Assembly (NCBI GenBank): GCA_031416315.1
Contig: JANOTL010000035.1
Location: 25,579 to 89,578, forward strand
From: Pseudomonadota bacterium
GTDB taxonomy: Bacteria; Bdellovibrionota_B; Oligoflexia; Oligoflexales; CAIYRB01
Direction of reading: 5' to 3'
DNA length: 64,000 nucleotides
Positions 61,483 to 64,000 of this stretch are shown piece after piece. Positions within the stretch are counted from its first letter, which is position 1; each line of letters starts with the position of its first letter. The notes beneath the pieces were generated by a model. That model saw only the letters and a program-made list of their open reading frames with translations, was not told the DNA's origin and ran no database searches. The position numbers were made by a program, and so were the translations under genes.

Positions 61483-62777
61483 GCACGCATGACCTCGACT
61501 ACCTGTCTGGCTTCGGCAACTACTTCTCCAGCGAGGCGCTGCCGAACTCGCTGCCGATCGGCCGCAACAATCCGCAGAAGGCGCCGCGCGGCCTCTATGC
61601 CGAGCAACTGTCCGGGTCCGCCTTCACCGCGCCAAACTCGGAGAACCTGCGCACCTGGCTCTACCGCATCATGCCGAGCGTGCAACGTTCAGGACATACG
61701 CCGATCACGCACCTGACGCTTCGGTCGGGGCCTTTCGACGAGGTGCCGCCGACGCCGGATCAGCTGCGTTGGGATCCTTTGCACCAGCCCATCAAGCAGA
61801 CCGACTTCTTCGACGGCCTTTTCACCGTCTGCGGCAACGGTGACCCCCAAAGCCGCAGCGGCTCGGCCGTGCACCTCTACGTCGCCAATAGCCCGATGAA
61901 GGATCGTGCTTTCGTCAATGCGGACGGTGACTTTCTGATTGTCCCACAGCGGGGCGCGCTCGAGATCACGACCGAATGCGGCCGGCTCTGGGTCGAGCCT
62001 CAGGAAATCGTGGTCGTGCCCCGCGGCATGCCCTTCCGCGTCGGCTTCAGCGACGCGACGGTCGCCGGCTATGTCTGCGAAAACTACGGCGAGCACTTCG
62101 TCCTTCCCTACCGCGGTCCGATCGGCGCCAACGGGCTCGCGAACCAGCGCGACTTCCTGACTCCGGTCGCTTGGTTCGAGGAGGTCTCGCGGACGACGCA
62201 AGTCCTTATGAAGTTCCAGGGTCATATCTACTCGGCGACACAGGACCATTCGCCCTTCGACGTCGTTGCGTGGCACGGCAACTACGCCCCTTTCAAATAT
62301 GATCTGCGCCGCTTTAATGCCATGAACTCGGTGAGCTTCGACCATCCGGATCCGTCGATCTTCACGGTGCTGACCTCGCCTGGGACGCGAGAAGGCACGG
62401 CGAACGTCGACTTCGTCATCTTTCCGCCGCGGTGGATGGTCGCCGAGGACACTTTCCGGCCGCCATACTACCACCGCAACATTATGAGCGAATACATGGG
62501 CCTGATCCACGGCGTGTACGACGCCAAGCCGAGCGGCGGCTTCGTCCCCGGCGGCGGAAGTCTCCACAACTGCATGGCGGCGCACGGACCGGATGCTGCG
62601 GCGTTTAAAGGCGCGAGCGAAGCAGAGCTGAAACCCCACTACCTCGCCGACACCCTTGCCTTTATGTTCGAGTCCGCCCTTGTCTACCGGCCGACCCGCG
62701 CCGCGATGGAGACGGAGACGCGGCAGAAGGACTACTTGGCCTGTTGGGCGGGGCTCTCGGCGCACTTCCGAAGGTAG
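61479..62777 (+). CDS. hmgA: Homogentisate 1,2-dioxygenase
   Basis: YLSGFGN, GLYAEQLSGSAFTAP, GPIGANGLAN, VAWHGNY, FDHPDPSIFTVLT, RPPYYHRN, SLHNCM, LAFMFE. Confidence 0.97.
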   Translation: MSTHDLDYLSGFGNYFSSEALPNSLPIGRNNPQKAPRGLYAEQLSGSAFTAPNSENLRTWLYRIMPSVQRSGHTPITHLTLRSGPFDEVPPTPDQLRWDPLHQPIKQTDFFDGLFTVCGNGDPQSRSGSAVHLYVANSPMKDRAFVNADGDFLIVPQRGALEITTECGRLWVEPQEIVVVPRGMPFRVGFSDATVAGYVCENYGEHFVLPYRGPIGANGLANQRDFLTPVAWFEEVSRTTQVLMKFQGHIYSATQDHSPFDVVAWHGNYAPFKYDLRRFNAMNSVSFDHPDPSIFTVLTSPGTREGTANVDFVIFPPRWMVAEDTFRPPYYHRNIMSEYMGLIHGVYDAKPSGGFVPGGGSLHNCMAAHGPDAAAFKGASEAELKPHYLADTLAFMFESALVYRPTRAAMETETRQKDYLACWAGLSAHFRR

Positions 62778-63190
62778 TAGTCGACGACGTCGGCCGGGAC
62801 TGGGATGGTCTCGCCGCCCTTGTCGACGGACACGAGCTTGATGGTGGCGCTCACCAGCTTGACGGGAGCCTTCGTCCCTGTCCGGTCGATGCGGCTCGCT
62901 GTTTGCTCCACCACTCCGATCGGCGAGGCGGAGATGCGCATCCGAGTCGCGATCTCGATCAGGTCCCCGTGGCTCGCCGGTGCATGAAACTTGAGCTCCA
63001 TGCGAGCGACGACGTAGTGCACGCCCCGCTCATAGAGCGAGCGGACGTGGTCCAAGCCCACCAGCTCCTCGCGACCCCGTTCGAAGTACTTCAGGTAGTT
63101 GGCGTGATAAACGTAGCCGGAAAAATCCGTATCCTCGTAGTAAACGGGATAGCGAACGGTTCCGGTGAGCCATGGAGCGTCGGTCGTCAT
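62732..63190 (-). CDS. ybgC: YbgC/FadM-family acyl-CoA thioesterase
   Basis: VYYEDTDFSGYVYHANYLKYFERGR. Confidence 0.85.
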   Translation of the reverse strand: MTTDAPWLTGTVRYPVYYEDTDFSGYVYHANYLKYFERGREELVGLDHVRSLYERGVHYVVARMELKFHAPASHGDLIEIATRMRISASPIGVVEQTASRIDRTGTKAPVKLVSATIKLVSVDKGGETIPVPADVVDYYLRKCAESPAQQAK

Positions 63191-63253
63191 CGGTCAATAT
63201 TGCCACCGCTTTCCCCTGGCCGCAAAGGCCTAAACTGTCGTAAACATATCGGA

Positions 63254-64000
63254 ATGAGTCCGTTTGGCATCGAAGACTTCGTCGATCAAATCCAGAGCCT
63301 CTCGCGCATCGGCGCTTGGGCGATGGACCTGGAGTCGCGCGAGGTCTGGTGGAGTCCGGAGATGTACCGCATTGCGGAGATCCCGGTCGGCACGCCGATG
63401 AACATGGAGCGCGTCTACACGCTTTATGCGACCGAGACGGCGCAGAACATCGAGCGCGACATCGCGTTGGGCCTAATCGAGCACGGACACTTTCGCCTCG
63501 AGCTGCCGATCTCGACCGCGAAGGGTAAGAGCACGATCATCCGCGCCGAGGGCACCGTCGTCCATAAGAATGACCGCAAGATCGCCTTCGGCACGTGGCA
63601 AGACGTCTCCGAGGAAGTGGCCTTGAAGCGGCAGCTGGAGGAAAAGACGAACTTTCTCACCAGCGTCATCGACAACTTTCCGCAGATGATCTTCGTCAAA
63701 GAGCCGAAGGAGCTGCGCTTCGTCATTTTCAACCGCGCCGGCGAGGAGCTCCTGGGCCTCAAGGCGCGGGACATGCTGGGCAAGAATGACTACGACTTCT
63801 TCTCGAAGGAGCAGGCCGACTCCTTCATCGAGAAGGACCGTCAGGTTTTGGAGGAAAGACAGCTCGTCGACATCCCCGAGGAGACGATCGACGCCCCTTC
63901 CGGTCGCCGCTATCTGCACACGAAGAAGATGGCGGTCTGCGACGCGCAAGGCGAGCCGCTCTACATGCTCGGCATCTCGGAGGACATCACCGAGACGAAG
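63254..64000 (+). CDS. Multi-PAS sensor protein (partial, runs off window)
   Basis: IGAWAMDLESREVWWSPEMYRI...GTWQDVS (PAS_3-like); MIFVKE...FNRAGEELLG...GKNDYDFF...LGISEDIT (PAS_4-like). Confidence 0.9.
   Translation, partial: MSPFGIEDFVDQIQSLSRIGAWAMDLESREVWWSPEMYRIAEIPVGTPMNMERVYTLYATETAQNIERDIALGLIEHGHFRLELPISTAKGKSTIIRAEGTVVHKNDRKIAFGTWQDVSEEVALKRQLEEKTNFLTSVIDNFPQMIFVKEPKELRFVIFNRAGEELLGLKARDMLGKNDYDFFSKEQADSFIEKDRQVLEERQLVDIPEETIDAPSGRRYLHTKKMAVCDAQGEPLYMLGISEDITETK

Noticed and set aside
1..64000. Prophage, IS/integron, tRNA or rRNA
   Set aside because: No structural phage genes, recombinases, terminal inverted repeats or tRNA/rRNA signatures recognised by eye; tRNAscan and ISEScan were not run

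Overview
High-GC bacterial chromosomal segment with about 58 densely packed CDSs. No rRNA, tRNA, CRISPR array, integrase or transposase was recognised. Gene content (Bd0055/HBb-like histone, TIGR02147 protein, many orphan secreted and lipo-proteins, dispersed HNH protein, fused secDF) points to Bdellovibrionota, probably Oligoflexia; this is an inference. Recognisable genes: OppA, SWIM-SNF2 helicase, fatty-acid desaturase, M50 protease, two MocR regulators with visible operators, CDF transporter, YjjG-like HAD, a vxrABC-like two-component operon, aldB + DUF779, secDF, cinA-like and hmgA. The most notable oddities are: a bacterial histone heading a coupled gene run; a SNF2 ATPase with a roughly 400-aa acidic / Pro-Ala-Arg / Gln-Asn disordered insert; a coupled pair of membrane class III cyclase-like proteins with complementary, degenerate active sites; a CHASE2-cyclase-PilZ fusion; a tandem cNMP-binding/LETM1-like fusion; a secreted 16-Cys/16-Trp WNPSWER repeat protein; a coiled-coil diheme lipoprotein; and a candidate attenuator RNA before the desaturase. 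All family calls are motif recognition by eye, with no database searches run. Starts were adjusted from the ORF track where RBS or signal-peptide evidence supported it.
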